DNA of 64,000 bases, taken from positions 21,948,001 through 22,012,000 of the forward strand of contig OX597824.1 in assembly GCA_951406725.2 (NCBI GenBank), written 5' to 3'. Under the pieces are notes generated by a model. The model searched no databases. It was not told the origin of the DNA and worked only from the letters and a program-made list of their open reading frames with translations. This stretch comes from Octopus vulgaris. Its lineage: Eukaryota. Below are positions 1-12,350 of this stretch, piece by piece; the stretch's first letter is position 1, and each line of letters begins with the position of its first letter. The position numbers were made by a program, and so were the translations under genes.

Positions 1-59
1 AATGCAAAATTTGTCCAAAATATTGGAAACTAGTTAGTTTTCTTCATAACTATCTGCCT

Positions 60-245
60 GTCTTTCCATCAGTCTGTCCATCCATCCATCCATCCACCCA
101 CCCATCCTACTTCATCCTACCTACCTACCTACCTACGTACCTACCTACCTACCTACCTACCTACATACATACCTACCTACCTACGTACCTACGTACCTAC
201 CTACCTACCTATCTACATACCTACCTACATACATACATACACATG
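60..245. repeat. (CCAT)n/(CCTA)n/(CATA)n tetranucleotide microsatellite
   Basis: Direct reading: ccatccatcc...ctacctacct...acatacatac. Confidence 0.95.
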
Positions 246-251
246 CATATA

Positions 252-1103
252 CAAGGTGTAATGGGTAAATTGTCACCGTTTTATATTTTTAATTTCATGC
301 GTGCACTTTGCTTGCTTTTGATTTTATTGACCACACAGTATAGTAGGGTCAGTTGGGTACCGTATATGAGAAAAACAGCACCATTACACAATTCACTCTG
401 CCTGAAATTTGGAGACGACATACTGCACTGCTTGGCATTTGCGTCAGAAGCTCCAATATGAACATTTCAGAGTGTTTGGGTGTCAATCTGAGGATGTGTA
501 CCGAGAGTGATAAAAATCAAACCTCCAGTCAACATCATGGTGCTTGGAGTGATCACTAGTGATGGCGACATTATGCTTCCATTCTTCTTCCCACATGGCC
601 TCAGACTCAACACAGAAGCCTACATCAAGTGCCTGGAAAAGGTAGTGCTGCCCTGGGTCAAGAGGGTGGCTGCTGGAAGGACTCTGCACCATGCCACACA
701 AGCAGGAGAACCCAGTCATAGCTGTCAGAATTTCTGTGACCACATCAGCCCTAACATCTGGCCACCTAACTCCCCAGACTGTAACTCCTTTGATTATTAT
801 GTGTGGGGTACAGTTAAGTGAGAGACTAACAAAACTCCTTGTAACACCGAAGATGAACTGAAGGCAAGAATTATGGCAGCATTCACCAACTTAAACAAGG
901 AAACTGTCCAGAAGAGCTGCAGGAGATCCAAAAATTGTCTGGAGGCTGTGTTTGAAGCCAGTGGCGATTTTATTGAATAAATTTACTCTTTAGTATTTCA
1001 AAATATTTTAATGTAATTTTGGTAAATATATCTTTTAAAATGAGATGTCTGTGTTATTTTCATTTTTGCATAATTTAGACGACACTTTATTCACTGTACC
1101 CTG
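252..1103 (+). mobile_element. Internally deleted Tc1/mariner element, DD37D (maT-like), copy 1
   Basis: TA|CAAGGTG...TACCCTG|TA ends. Transposase remnants include VNIMVLGVITSDG, YIKCLEKVVLPW and WPPNSPDCNSFDYYVWG. The consensus with copy 2 gives 37 residues between the second and third catalytic D. Frameshifts and stops are present. Confidence 0.9.
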
Positions 1104-2439
1104 TATATATATATGTATACACACACACAGATACAATCTGTAAATGAAAGGGTAAATATATGCAAGAATTTTTTCGAGTTCAAAATGTGACATTGTTTTT
1201 TGTCATCTACATTCCAATGATGGAACTTTGTATCTTTGTAAAAACTACTTCTTCACCAAATAATTAAAAATAGAAGAGTTTGGTAAGGAAGCTGACACAC
1301 ATCCTTCAAAAGCAATCTTTTCAATTCTTCCTTTGAAATTCTTTAAAAAATAATGATGCACACACACACCTAAATGTTAAAGAGACAAGTACACGCAGAA
1401 CAAAAGTGCAAGTTCATAGACCTACATATACGCACGCACTAATGCAACCACATATTTACAAACCCCCAGGAACTGTCTGAACTCAAAAATTTTGTCACTT
1501 TGTTAGTGACTCATGAAGAACTTAAAATAAGTCTCAAAGAAAACACACAGTGGCATCACATAGTTTAAAAACAAGAGTGTGGTGCTGATAATTAAGCATT
1601 AATTATTTCTGTTTATTTAATTACTTATGATTAAAACTATGCATGAATGAAAAAAATATTGTTTTTAGTCCTTCTAAATGCTGTAAGTTGAAACATAAAC
1701 ATCTTAATTAGCATAATACAATTATAAACAGTATTAATAACATTACAAAATGAACGTCCATTTAATTCTTTGCTTTTCCTATGTGTAACATGTGATACAC
1801 CAGAGATATTTCTCTGGCATTTATGCGTCATATATGATACTCATTCCCAAATTTTTTCAACCACTAGAGCATCTTGAGTCTTATGAAAGAAAAGCTTTAT
1901 ATTTTTAACTCAAAACATATAAAACCAGGGCTAACTAAAAGTCTGGATGCAAGCATGGTCAATTAAGAACAAATTTACAAAAATGCATTGGACAGGCAAA
2001 AGTTTTTAAGAATGTTTTAGAAAAAAGTATTTTAGCTTTAATATTCTATATCATATTATATATGATAGTCTATATTATTTTCTAAGTAAGACTATTTCTA
2101 ACTATTTGATGATATCTTAAAATTTGTTGTGATGGGTAAACAAAAAGAAGTTCATCAACAGAAATATAAGTGAACATTCACTGACTGTATAATCTAAAAT
2201 AGACTTTTACAGTCATGGATGATGAAGTCAGATGTTCAATAATAGTTGCTGACTATGTTTAGGATATCTTCAATGAAGCTGGTGGTTATTCTGACCATCC
2301 AGAGTAGCCACTGTTGAAAGGGTAGACTGAGACATTTATTGTTAGCAATTAAGAACAGAAAAAAAAAATTATCATAATTGACGAACAGAATGATCACTAT
2401 TGAAGAACAGAACAGAAAGACCGCGATTGAAGAACAAAA

Positions 2440-3080
2440 GAAAATGACCACTGTTGGTATTTCAACAGAAATACCACATGTAGATTGGTGTCATTAGCAT
2501 AAAAGAATCGACTAAAGCAGTTTATGCTTGTGGGACATGTTGCGCATGAAAGAAAAATAGAGGCCATACAACAGATCTAAATTCAATTTGTATAAGAGGC
2601 ATAAGAATTAATCATCAAACAAGTAAAATATCCTGAGGTCAGACAGTTAAAATTTAACTTGGTTGGCCCTGATGATTGAGTATATGTTAAACATCAAAGA
2701 GAAGAAACACTTTATCTAGGGTACATGAATTTAACAGTTTTGTATGAGGGGGCAATGACATGGTTTGAGGTTGAAAGTTTGAAAAAGGGATCAGTCACAT
2801 TATATAAGATTGAGGGCAGCATAAACAATACAAGCTATCTGGAAATCTTGGAGAAGAGCATAGATTTTTCAGCCTGGTATAGGAAATTATCAAGGAAGTC
2901 AACAAAAGCATTTGGTTATGTTACACTGGTTATCTCAATCCCCAGATTTAACCTCAAGAAAACACTAATGGAAATGGATCAAGTGAATTGTCTGATTATA
3001 TACAAAAAAAAAAAAAAAATAGGTGGTGAGTTGAATTAATTCCAGAAAATGTCATCAAACCTCCAGGTTCAATGCTTTGC
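2440..3080 (+). mobile_element. Highly decayed Tc1-like (DD34E-type) transposase relic
   Basis: Fragmentary motifs: KFNLVGPD at about 2650 (cf. KFNLDGPDG), YKIEGSINNTSYLEILE, and W-SQSPDL at about 2927-2950. Many stops and frameshifts; no TIRs identified. Confidence 0.6.
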
Positions 3081-3798
3081 AACAAATATGATTCTTTTTC
3101 AAGAAATCTTGAAAACCCAACCATGGATAAGGGCTATGTCTGTCTTTACCTGTCATACATAATATATTTTTTCTTAAAGTAAAATCAGATATGCTTTAAA
3201 TGCTTTTAAATTAATTGCTGTCCATGTGTTGGACACATGTCCCAATACTAGAAAATTTTCTATAGTCAATATAAACAGTGAAAACAATTATATTTAACAA
3301 ATATCACTTTTCTTTCAGTCGATTTTGAAAATAATGAAAAATTTCCTAAAGTTACTTTGTTATTATTAAACTGTTTGTAACATTGCTTTATTTTATTTTA
3401 CTGGTTTTGGTCATTGGATTGTGGCCATGCAGGGGCAACATCTTGACCTCAGTACAGATTTTTCTTTTTAAGTCTGGTACTTATTCTATCAGTCTTTTTT
3501 TGATGAGCTGCTAGATTATGATGATGTGAACATGAAACTTTGACAGAAGTTTTAAATTTAGATCAATTCAAAATGGTTTGTTTTGCAGAACAAAGAACAG
3601 TCTTGGGTATCAGATTGGTATCAAAAGTGTTAAACGCAAATCAATTAAGAAGTAAAAAAATTCTCTTTCTGTTCATATACAGTCTGAATTATGATGACAT
3701 AATGGAGGTCATGTTTAATCACCAGAATATTCCTGTCTTGAAAGTTAAATGGTGACACTGTACACTTTCATATATTCTTTTTTTTTTTCTCACTGTTC

Positions 3799-4125
3799 TC
3801 ATCATCATCGTTTAGCGTCGGCTTTCCATGCTAGCATGGGTTGGACGGTTCAACTGGGGTCTGGGAAGCCAGAAGGCTGCACCAGGCCCAGTCTGATCTG
3901 GCAATGTTTCTACAGCTGGATGCCCTTCCTAATGCCAACCACTCCATGAGTGTAGTGGGTGCTTTTTACGTGCCACCGGCACAGGTGCCAGACAAATCTG
4001 GCAAATGGCCACGATCGGATGGTGCTTTTTATGTGCCACCGGCACGGGGGCCAGGCGAGGCTGGCAACGGCCACGAACGGATGGTGCTTTTTACGTGCCA
4101 CTGGCATGGGGGCCAGGCGAGGCTG
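3799..4125 (-). mobile_element. SINE-like family B copy with internal ~60-bp tandem units
   Basis: (CAT)n tail, CCATGCTAGCATGG palindrome, the motif gctggatgcccttcctaatgccaacc, and three ggtgctttttaYgtgccac units. Same family occurs at 13865, 14717, 23345 and 59404. Confidence 0.85.
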
Positions 4126-4199
4126 GGATTCCCATAACTCTGTTGCCTTCCAATTCCATTATTATGAATTTGAATTGGGAGTTTGAGTCAGAATGAATC

Positions 4200-4510
4200 T
4201 TCCATTAGCTTATTACACAACCATGGATGTCACTCCTATGGATGCATTGCAGTTACTCACTTGATAGAGTTTGGTGATCCTGATCACTGATCTTCTAGGA
4301 TTCCTTCACTCAGCTTCAATGTAAGAAGCACCATTGACTCAGTTGAGCTCTTCTGCTACCTCTTCACAATCTGCCATGCTGTAGTCCCATGACTTTACCG
4401 TTTCCCTGACAGCGTTGCTGAACAGGCGCTATGCCTTGCCAAAGAGCAGCCCATAACTATGCAAGACATGGTCGTCATTCCATGAGGTATTTTCAACATG
4501 TCCACATACT
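4200..4510 (-). mobile_element. Possible degenerate RTE-clade LINE C-terminal fragment
   Basis: Minus strand reads HVENTSWNDDHVLHSYGLLFGKA*RLFSNAVRETVKSWDYSMADCEEVAEELN*, loosely resembling the RTE/BovB C-terminal region. Stops are present. Confidence 0.35.
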
Positions 4511-4950
4511 TAATTGCATTCCATTTTGTTGTTATTTCATGTTATGGCTTTCAAATACTTTTGAAAATGAATGATTACTAAGGGACAGGTACCAGAATCA
4601 TAAGTTCTTCATTGAAACATCTACTATATTAATAATGCTATTCATGATAGCCTTTGTGCAAGGTGATTTAAATGTATTAGATATATTGGCTTCCCTTAGA
4701 AATAATGCTAATATGCTTGTAAATAATGTATTATTCCAATATATAGTATGTTATGAATTTCTTGGAATTATAACTGCTTAAGTTGGTGTCAATATCCTAC
4801 AGAATTAACAGCACAAACAGTTAACCTCTACAAAGTTACTTAAATGCGAGAAATTGCAGTCAGATCTTCCACGAATATTACACTACCGTCTTTAAATAAT
4901 GGTAAAACATGCAGGATAAAACTAACCTTTAATATGATATAAATAATAAA

Positions 4951-5202
4951 TAAATGCACCCTTTTAAAGCCTAGCCAGGCTCATGGGCCTGGTTTCCCGG
5001 TTTCAATGGTGTATGGGTTCCCCAACAGGATGGGACGCCAGTCCATCACAGCGTTACTCATTTTTGCCAGCTGAGTGGACTGGAGCAACGTGAAATGAAG
5101 TGTTTTGCTCAAGAACACAACATGTTGTCCAGTCCAGGGATCGAAACCACAATCTTATGATCATGATGCTGACACCCTAACCACTAAGCCATGCACCTTC
5201 AC
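4951..5202 (-). mobile_element. tRNA-derived SINE family D
   Basis: On the minus strand: A-box-like TGGCTTAGTGG and B-box-like GGTTTCGATCC, then a CORE-like GTGTTCTTGAGCAAAACACTT segment. Second copy at 40415-40660. Confidence 0.85.
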
Positions 5203-5691
5203 TTTTAATATAATATGGCAGAGTTGCTGGGTTAAATACTTAACCTGTCTGTCTTTTCACACACAAATATTTATTTTTCTCAGTAAATGTGAACATTGTC
5301 AAAACATGATAGAAAGTACAACTATTAATAAAACCTGTATAAAAGAATCTTATAAAGTCAACAAAATATTAGTACAAACACTAACTAATTAGCTATTAGT
5401 ACAAAAAATAACATGATTCCTAAGTACTCCAGCACTTCCAAATTCCAAGAAATCTGGGGAAGGTGGAAAAAAAAAATTACTAAAAAATCTAAAACCTGAA
5501 AAACACACAAGTGAAGTAACATCCTTCTACTTACTTTCTCCCTACTAAACACAATCACAAGGGATTGGTCAGCCCAGATCTATGGTAGGGACATTTGCTA
5601 AACATGCCATGTGATGGGACTGAACTTGAAACTACATGGTTGAAAAGCAAGCCTTTTAACAATGCCTGCACTGTAAACTTTAACAAAGATA

Positions 5692-5915
5692 TTCTTTTAT
5701 TCTTTTGTTTGTTTCAGTCATTTGACAGCAGCCATGCTGGAGCACTGCCTTTAGTCAAACAAATCGATCCCAGGACTTATTCTTTGTAAGCCTAACCTAG
5801 TACTGATTCTATCAGTCTCTTTTGTTGAACCGCTAAGTTACGGGGATGTAAACACACCAACATTGATTGTCAAGCAATGGTGGGGAGACAAACACACACA
5901 CAGACATACACATAG

Positions 5916-5963
<48 letters not shown>

Positions 5964-6124
5964 CAAGTTTCTTTCAGTTTCCACCTACCAAATCCATGCA
6001 CAAGGCTTCGGTCAGCCCGAGGCTATAGTAGAAAACACTTGCCCAAGATGTCACGCAGTGGGACTGAACCCGGAACCATGTGGTTGGTAAGCAAGCTACT
6101 TACCACACAGCCACTCCTGCACCT
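5692..6124 (-). mobile_element. tRNA-derived SINE family A with internal (CA)/(TA) microsatellite
   Basis: Matches the near-intact copy at 15384-15790 in reverse. Confidence 0.92.
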
Positions 6125-6511
6125 ATGCCCACTACTGCGCCTGTTGTACTTAGAATTCTAATTGATTTGTCCTGAATAAAAGGAAGAAAAATTCTTACAA
6201 TCTATTTAAGCTGAATATCACATGACCAACCTGTTAAGGTGTTAGTTAAGATAGAGCAAGGGAAATCCTGGCACTTGATCCATTTAATTGAAGAAGGGGT
6301 GCTTATAACATGTGTTTATCCACTCTCAAGCTGCCTCTCACAAAAATGGAAGATTCCTATTACAATCTGGTTTGTTACATGTATTCATTCATATATCTGA
6401 GGCATATAACGCAGGTCTTATATTCATGCAGGAAATATTGCTGAGGTAGGGTATAAAATAATTGTTATACAGTTAAGGTATTACTAAGGTAAAGGTCTAG
6501 TGACAGGTAGG

Positions 6512-6765
6512 TTTAGGTATGGTTGATGGCGCCTGCCCAGGTGCTTGTTTAGGTAGAAGTATGGTGAATGAGAGATGAAAAGGTATAGTGATGGCAGTTA
6601 CTATAGTAACTAGTTACTATAGTACTATATAAGAAGTTTTAGGTATGGTTGATGGTGCCTATCCAGGTGCTTGTTTAGGTAGAAGTATGGTGAATGAGAG
6701 ATGAAAAGGTATAGTGATGGCAGTTACTATAGTAACTAGTTACTATAGTACTATATAAGAAGTTT
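6512..6765. repeat. 126-bp tandem duplication containing nested palindromes
   Basis: Units start tttaggtatggttgatgg at 6512 and 6638 and are nearly identical. Confidence 0.95.
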
Positions 6766-7850
6766 AAACTACTGAGTTAAAGGTCATAGGTTCTAAACCT
6801 AAGCATGTTATACACTTCACATAATACACATCTCTTAAATTTGCGTACTTCATTCAGAAACTTCCTTGATGGATGTTGGCAGGTGAAAAAAAAAAAAAAA
6901 ACTCTGTTTAAAAACAAACAGGCGAACACATAAGCCAACAATTCAGGTATTAAAACACCGCCCCAACCACTGCCAATATAAAGAGATTAATGAAAACTGT
7001 GTTTACAAAAATACATAACAAAGAAACTTGACAAATGTAAGACACAGTATAGCATTTCTTTAATTTTGGCAAACACATTACAAAAGCAATTTTCTGAAGA
7101 AAAAAAAAAAATTACTTTTGCTATTTGGAAGGAAATGGAGAGTAAAAATCTGAAAGCTGAAAACGTGTTTTGTTGAAGAGTAAATTATAGTTTAGGATCT
7201 AGTTACTTTTTCTATAATGAATCACAGAATACATTGTGAAAGAATAGGAATGCAGTGTAGATTTCCCACCAGGTTGTCATGTTAGATGGTTGGGAAGCTG
7301 AAAAGTAATAACAGACTTGCAAATAATTTCCAGAATAACATCACAGTTCAAATGACGCTAATGTTTCATCTTTGGAACAAACAAGCTCCACTGAAGAATA
7401 CATACTGTTACTATAGAAACACGGAAAACCAGAGAACAATGAGGAATTTTTTTACAGAAGCATCAAGTTTAAGGCTTGTAGAGGAGAGGTAATTACATGG
7501 TTTCTCAAAAAGGATTGATGTTATAAGCGTAGTGGTTCCAAACAGGGAATTGAAATCAGACTGCAAATTTTATCACTGATGACTCATTCACTGATGATGT
7601 AATTATAAGTTTGAGGTGGTGGCACAAGGGCAGTTGTTACAAAAATTTGGTTATTTCCTAGAAATTGATGTTCTAAACTAGGTACAATAAAGGGTCAACT
7701 TTTCAACAACCTTAATAAAAATAGAAATAAAAATAACACCATGTAAGATGAAATTTATAATAACATTCATGGCCTAGGTTATGCAAATAATATAATTAAA
7801 TAGTTGAGAGTATCACTACTCACTTCCTAGTTCCAGTTAGAAGGGAATGA

Positions 7851-8192
7851 GGAGTAGCTGTGTGGTAAGTAGCTTGCTTACCAACCACATGGTTCAGGGT
7901 TCATTCCCACTGTGTGGCACCTTGGGCAAGTGTCTTCTATTATAGCCTCAGACCGACCAAAGCCTTGTGAGTGGATTTGGTAGATGGAAACTGAAGGAAG
8001 CCCATCGTATATATGTGTGTATGTATATATATATACATATATTGGCCTGCTTGCTTAGCCAGCGGGGTGGCGTCATCTGAAGGCTAAAACAATGCAAAGC
8101 GCATTGTGACCAGCGATGTGTAACAGCATCTGATAGCCTGGTCAATCACGGTGATCATGGTGATATATACATATATATATATATATACATAC

Positions 8193-8224
<32 letters not shown>

Positions 8225-8448
8225 GTGTGTATATGTTTGTGTGTCTGTGTTTGTCCCCCCAGCATCGCTTGACAACCGATGGTGGTGTGTTTATGACCCC
8301 CGTAACTTAGTGGTTCGGCAAAAGAGACCAATAGAATAAGTACTAGGCTTGCAAAGAATAAGTCCTGGGGTCGATTTGCGTGACTAAAGGTGGTGCTCCA
8401 GCATGGCCGCAGTCAAATGACTGAAACAAGTAAAAGAGTAAAAGAGTA
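7851..8448 (+). mobile_element. SINE family A with a ~120-bp foreign insert (8042-8163) in its microsatellite
   Basis: Head tagctgtgtggtaagtagc...ggttcattccc and tail gtaaaagagtaaaagagta. The insert is flanked by TA repeats on both sides. Confidence 0.92.
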
Positions 8449-9964
8449 TTGGAATGTAGATGATGTGGAGGGTGAAGCTCACCATCATAACTTTTGATAA
8501 AATTTACTTCAGAAGCTGATGATTAAATTCTACGAAAACTGAACAATTATTTGGAAGTCAAGATCAGTTTCCCCTGTTTATACCAAACACATGTATTGTA
8601 CATTTACTGCATATTGTTTTGTAATGTTTGTCACTAGGCCATGGTACAGAGATTAAGAAAGAAGGCAGGAATGGGAGAGAGAGAGAGAGAGAAGATGTAA
8701 CATAGCAATTTCATCCCCTTAAACGAAAAACTAGCATAGGGACTGAAAATATCTTGAGTGGATTTCAATATCTGCTAGTCTTTGTCAAGCAAGACATAAC
8801 ATCATAACATATCTGACTCTGGGTTCATTATTACTATAACACTATAACAGTCATATTCCCCACATCACTCCAGTAAAAAAAAAAAAAAAGTCACAAATTG
8901 TTCTAGTTTAAGTGACATTCATAAAACATATGAAGGTTTTAAATTTAACCTTTCCCCTGTTTTTATGAAGTTAAGAGAAGAGAAAAACAAAGAACAAAAA
9001 AAAAAAATTTTCTGATGGAGAACATTTCATGTTGAGAAGTAACTTTCAGAGTTTTATTTTTAAATAAGATGGATTGGATTACATAAATCTATTTTATTTT
9101 TTCTGTTATAATAACAAACAAACAGATGCAAACTTTCTTGAGAATTTTATGTGAATGTTAAGCTTAGTAAAGTGACACAAGATGTTTTTTATCTTTCATA
9201 TTAACTTAAATAAATTCAACTACTTCTGAGGCTTACTGGTAACTTTATCATTGCAGAGATTCCTGGATGATGAATGCATGTGCGTTCACTCCTTGTCAGG
9301 CAAATTTTCCCACATCTCGTCATCATCTCTTTGATAGAGCTGCGCTACTGGGTCAAACAAAACCCAAGACTGAGTACTTGGCATGTGAGTACCAGTCATC
9401 TGTCAGTTGAGTCACACAGCTGGTGGAACCTGCACATTATCATCTTGTAGAGGACTAGTGGTGGGGTAGAGTGATGATGTTCTCAAAGAAAGTCGGGGTA
9501 TTTTTGAGAATAAACTGTTTTTGAACACATTCAACTTGGGAATTATAACTTTTCAAGAAATTCCTGTCTGACAGATTTACTAAGAGGCATTGCTGGTTCA
9601 AGTTAAACATTTGGCAGTCCAAAATATTTTCATAGGTTTGAACTAAACATCCACGCACATCCATACTTATTTTCAGACTTTTAGTTAGCCCTTGTTCCAT
9701 ATGTTCTGAGCAATATAAAGCTTCCATTTCATAAGTCCCAAGTTACTGTGATGGTTGAAAAAAAAAGGGTATCTATATAATAATATATGATTCATGGAGG
9801 CCAAAGAAGTATGTTTTGTGAATCACATGTAATACACAAGACGAGCAAAAGATTAAGATGATAGGGTGTGATTTGAAGGAATGTGGTTGCTATTTCTAGC
9901 CCTTGTTTCATATGTTCTGAGTGATATAAAGATTCTCTTTCATAAGTCCCAAGTTAGTCTATTT

Positions 9965-10373
9965 TCTTTCTTTTTTTTACTTGTTCCAGTCATTTGACTG
10001 CGGTCATGCTGGAGCACCGCCTTTAGTCGAACAAATTGACCCCCAGGACTTATTCTTTGTTAGCCTAGTATCTAGTCTATCAGTCTCTTTTGCCGAACCA
10101 CTAAGTTACGGGGACGTAAACACACCAGCATCGGTTGTCAAGCAATGTTGGGGGGGACAAACACAGACACACAAACATATACACACACATACATATATAT
10201 ATACATATATACGACGGGCTGCTTTCAGTTTCTGTCTACCAAATCCACTCACAAGGCTTTGGCCAGCCCGAGGCTATAGTAGAAGACATTTGCCCAAGGT
10301 TCCATGCAGTGAGACTGAACCCAGAACCATGTGGTTAGTAAGCAAGCTACTTACCACACAGCCACTCCTGCGC
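9965..10373 (-). mobile_element. SINE family A
   Basis: Full-length match to the family in reverse. Confidence 0.92.
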
Positions 10374-11679
10374 TTTGTTGGCTAAAACAAAAAGAATTGA
10401 AAAAAGAAAGGAAAGTGTTTCATATATGATGTATGGATGCCAAGTAAATACGTCCTGTGTATTACATACAAAGGGCAGGCAATGGTTTAAACCGTACGGG
10501 CACAGAAATACTATTAACTGGGCCAGTCTGAGATGCATGTAGAACAACAAATTGCAATTGTGTGGTTTTGTAAAACAGCTACCTACTCTAGCATGTAAAA
10601 TGGACCTGTCAGTTAGCCAAGTTTACTGTAGAAACTGCGCCATCACTATTGAACAAGGCAGCTAACCTAACTGATCTCAGCCTTGACTGACAAATTCAAA
10701 CCTTGTTTTATTTGAGCACTTAGTCATAAGGAAGGTTTCTAACTGTATAAGCAATTACTACAACAGTTTCTAAATGGAAAAAATGCCCTTGATGAAGGAT
10801 AAATCATTGACATTATGAGTGATTGCTTTCGCTAGTTTTATGAATCTAGCTTTTGATATTAAAGATATTCTTGCAAACAGTTAAGATTTCCTGCCAAAAG
10901 CGTGTTTTACTTGGATAGCTTCTTCAATTTCTCTCTGACTTCGCTTCCAAATTATACAACACATATATACAGCTATTTCCTCATTACTAGAATGAATTTA
11001 CTTTCTCGTGTGTAATGCAATAAATCAAAAAGAAACTGGATATTTAATTGCTTCGGAGATATAACGTCTGCCATTACGGTGATAATGTTGAAGTTTCAAA
11101 CTGCACAAACTACTTAATCTAAAGACGAGGTTAGGGATAGGGGTGGGTCCTTTGTGTAAATGTCTACAGCTAATGTTTGGATGTGAATATTCCGTTGAAC
11201 TTTTAGTCAATTCATGCAAAATTCAACTTTATGAAAATAAACAATAGCTCGTGTATTATGTGTGCACATATCTGTGTGTGTCTAAGTTTGTGTGTGACTG
11301 TGTGTGTTTCTGTGTCTCTGTATTGAAAACTTTTAAAAATTGAATTTCAATTTGAGTTTGAATTAAAATTCAATAAAAAGTTATAATTTAAACAAATCAA
11401 TATAATATTCTCTCTCAATCTCTCTCTCTCTCTTATTCTCTTTTAAGCAGTGAAATATGATTCAAATTCAAAACATTTTTTCCCCGACTTATTTTATCAA
11501 TTTTACACTAAAGATTAAAATACTTTGTCTGGTCCATTTAAGAGCGTTATGTCGGAGATTTGAATTCCAACGAAGACTAAGAATATTTGACATGGAGTGT
11601 GACGAGATGCTGTGTTGGGTAAATGGCATTCAGTGAGCAATAATATGAAATGTAATGTATAAGAGTGAACAACACATGC

Positions 11680-12316
11680 CATACATAGAATGAGTGACAT
11701 GTGGTAAGCAAATGACACAGGAAATAACATGTGGGCTGTGCCATTTGTAGGCATGGGTACAATGGGTGGTTGCCTGGGTGACCTACAGATAGCTTGGGTG
11801 ACTCCTAGGTAACAGCTGGCATCTATCTGATAACATGCAGTGAGTGACATGTAATGACATATAATGATTGGTTTGTAATAACATGTGGTGGACAGCGTGT
11901 AACAACATGTAGTGGACGGTATGTAATAATATGTAGAGGATATATAATAATAATAAGCAATGGTGGATGACAGAATAACATGTAGCAGATGGCATGTAAC
12001 ATGTAGTGGTTATCATGTAATGGTTATCCTGTAGTAACATGTGGTAAGTGGAATATAACATGTAGGTGTATAATGTCATGTAATCACTCATGGTGAATAA
12101 CATGCGATAACATGTAATAGTTGTCATGCAATAATATGCTGTATGGGGTATATAACATGTAGCTGCCGTCATATAGTAGGTGACATATACTAACATGTAG
12201 TAGGTGATACGTAAATAACATAGAATGGCTAATATGCACTACAACTACTACTACTACTACTACTAATAATAATGATAATAATAATGATAATAATGATGAT
12301 GATGATGATGATGATG

Positions 12317-12350
<34 letters not shown>

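Noticed and set aside
1095-1110. TACCCTGTA resembling the 5' end of miR-10
   Set aside because: It is the transposon terminal repeat plus TA, and the rest of miR-10 is absent.
9981-10385. Recurrent ORFs ending ...IVEDTCPRCHAVGLNPEPCGW or containing ...FQSFDCGHAGAPPLVEQID, looking like a gene family
   Set aside because: These are antisense translations of SINE family A copies, interrupted by variable microsatellites and frameshifts.
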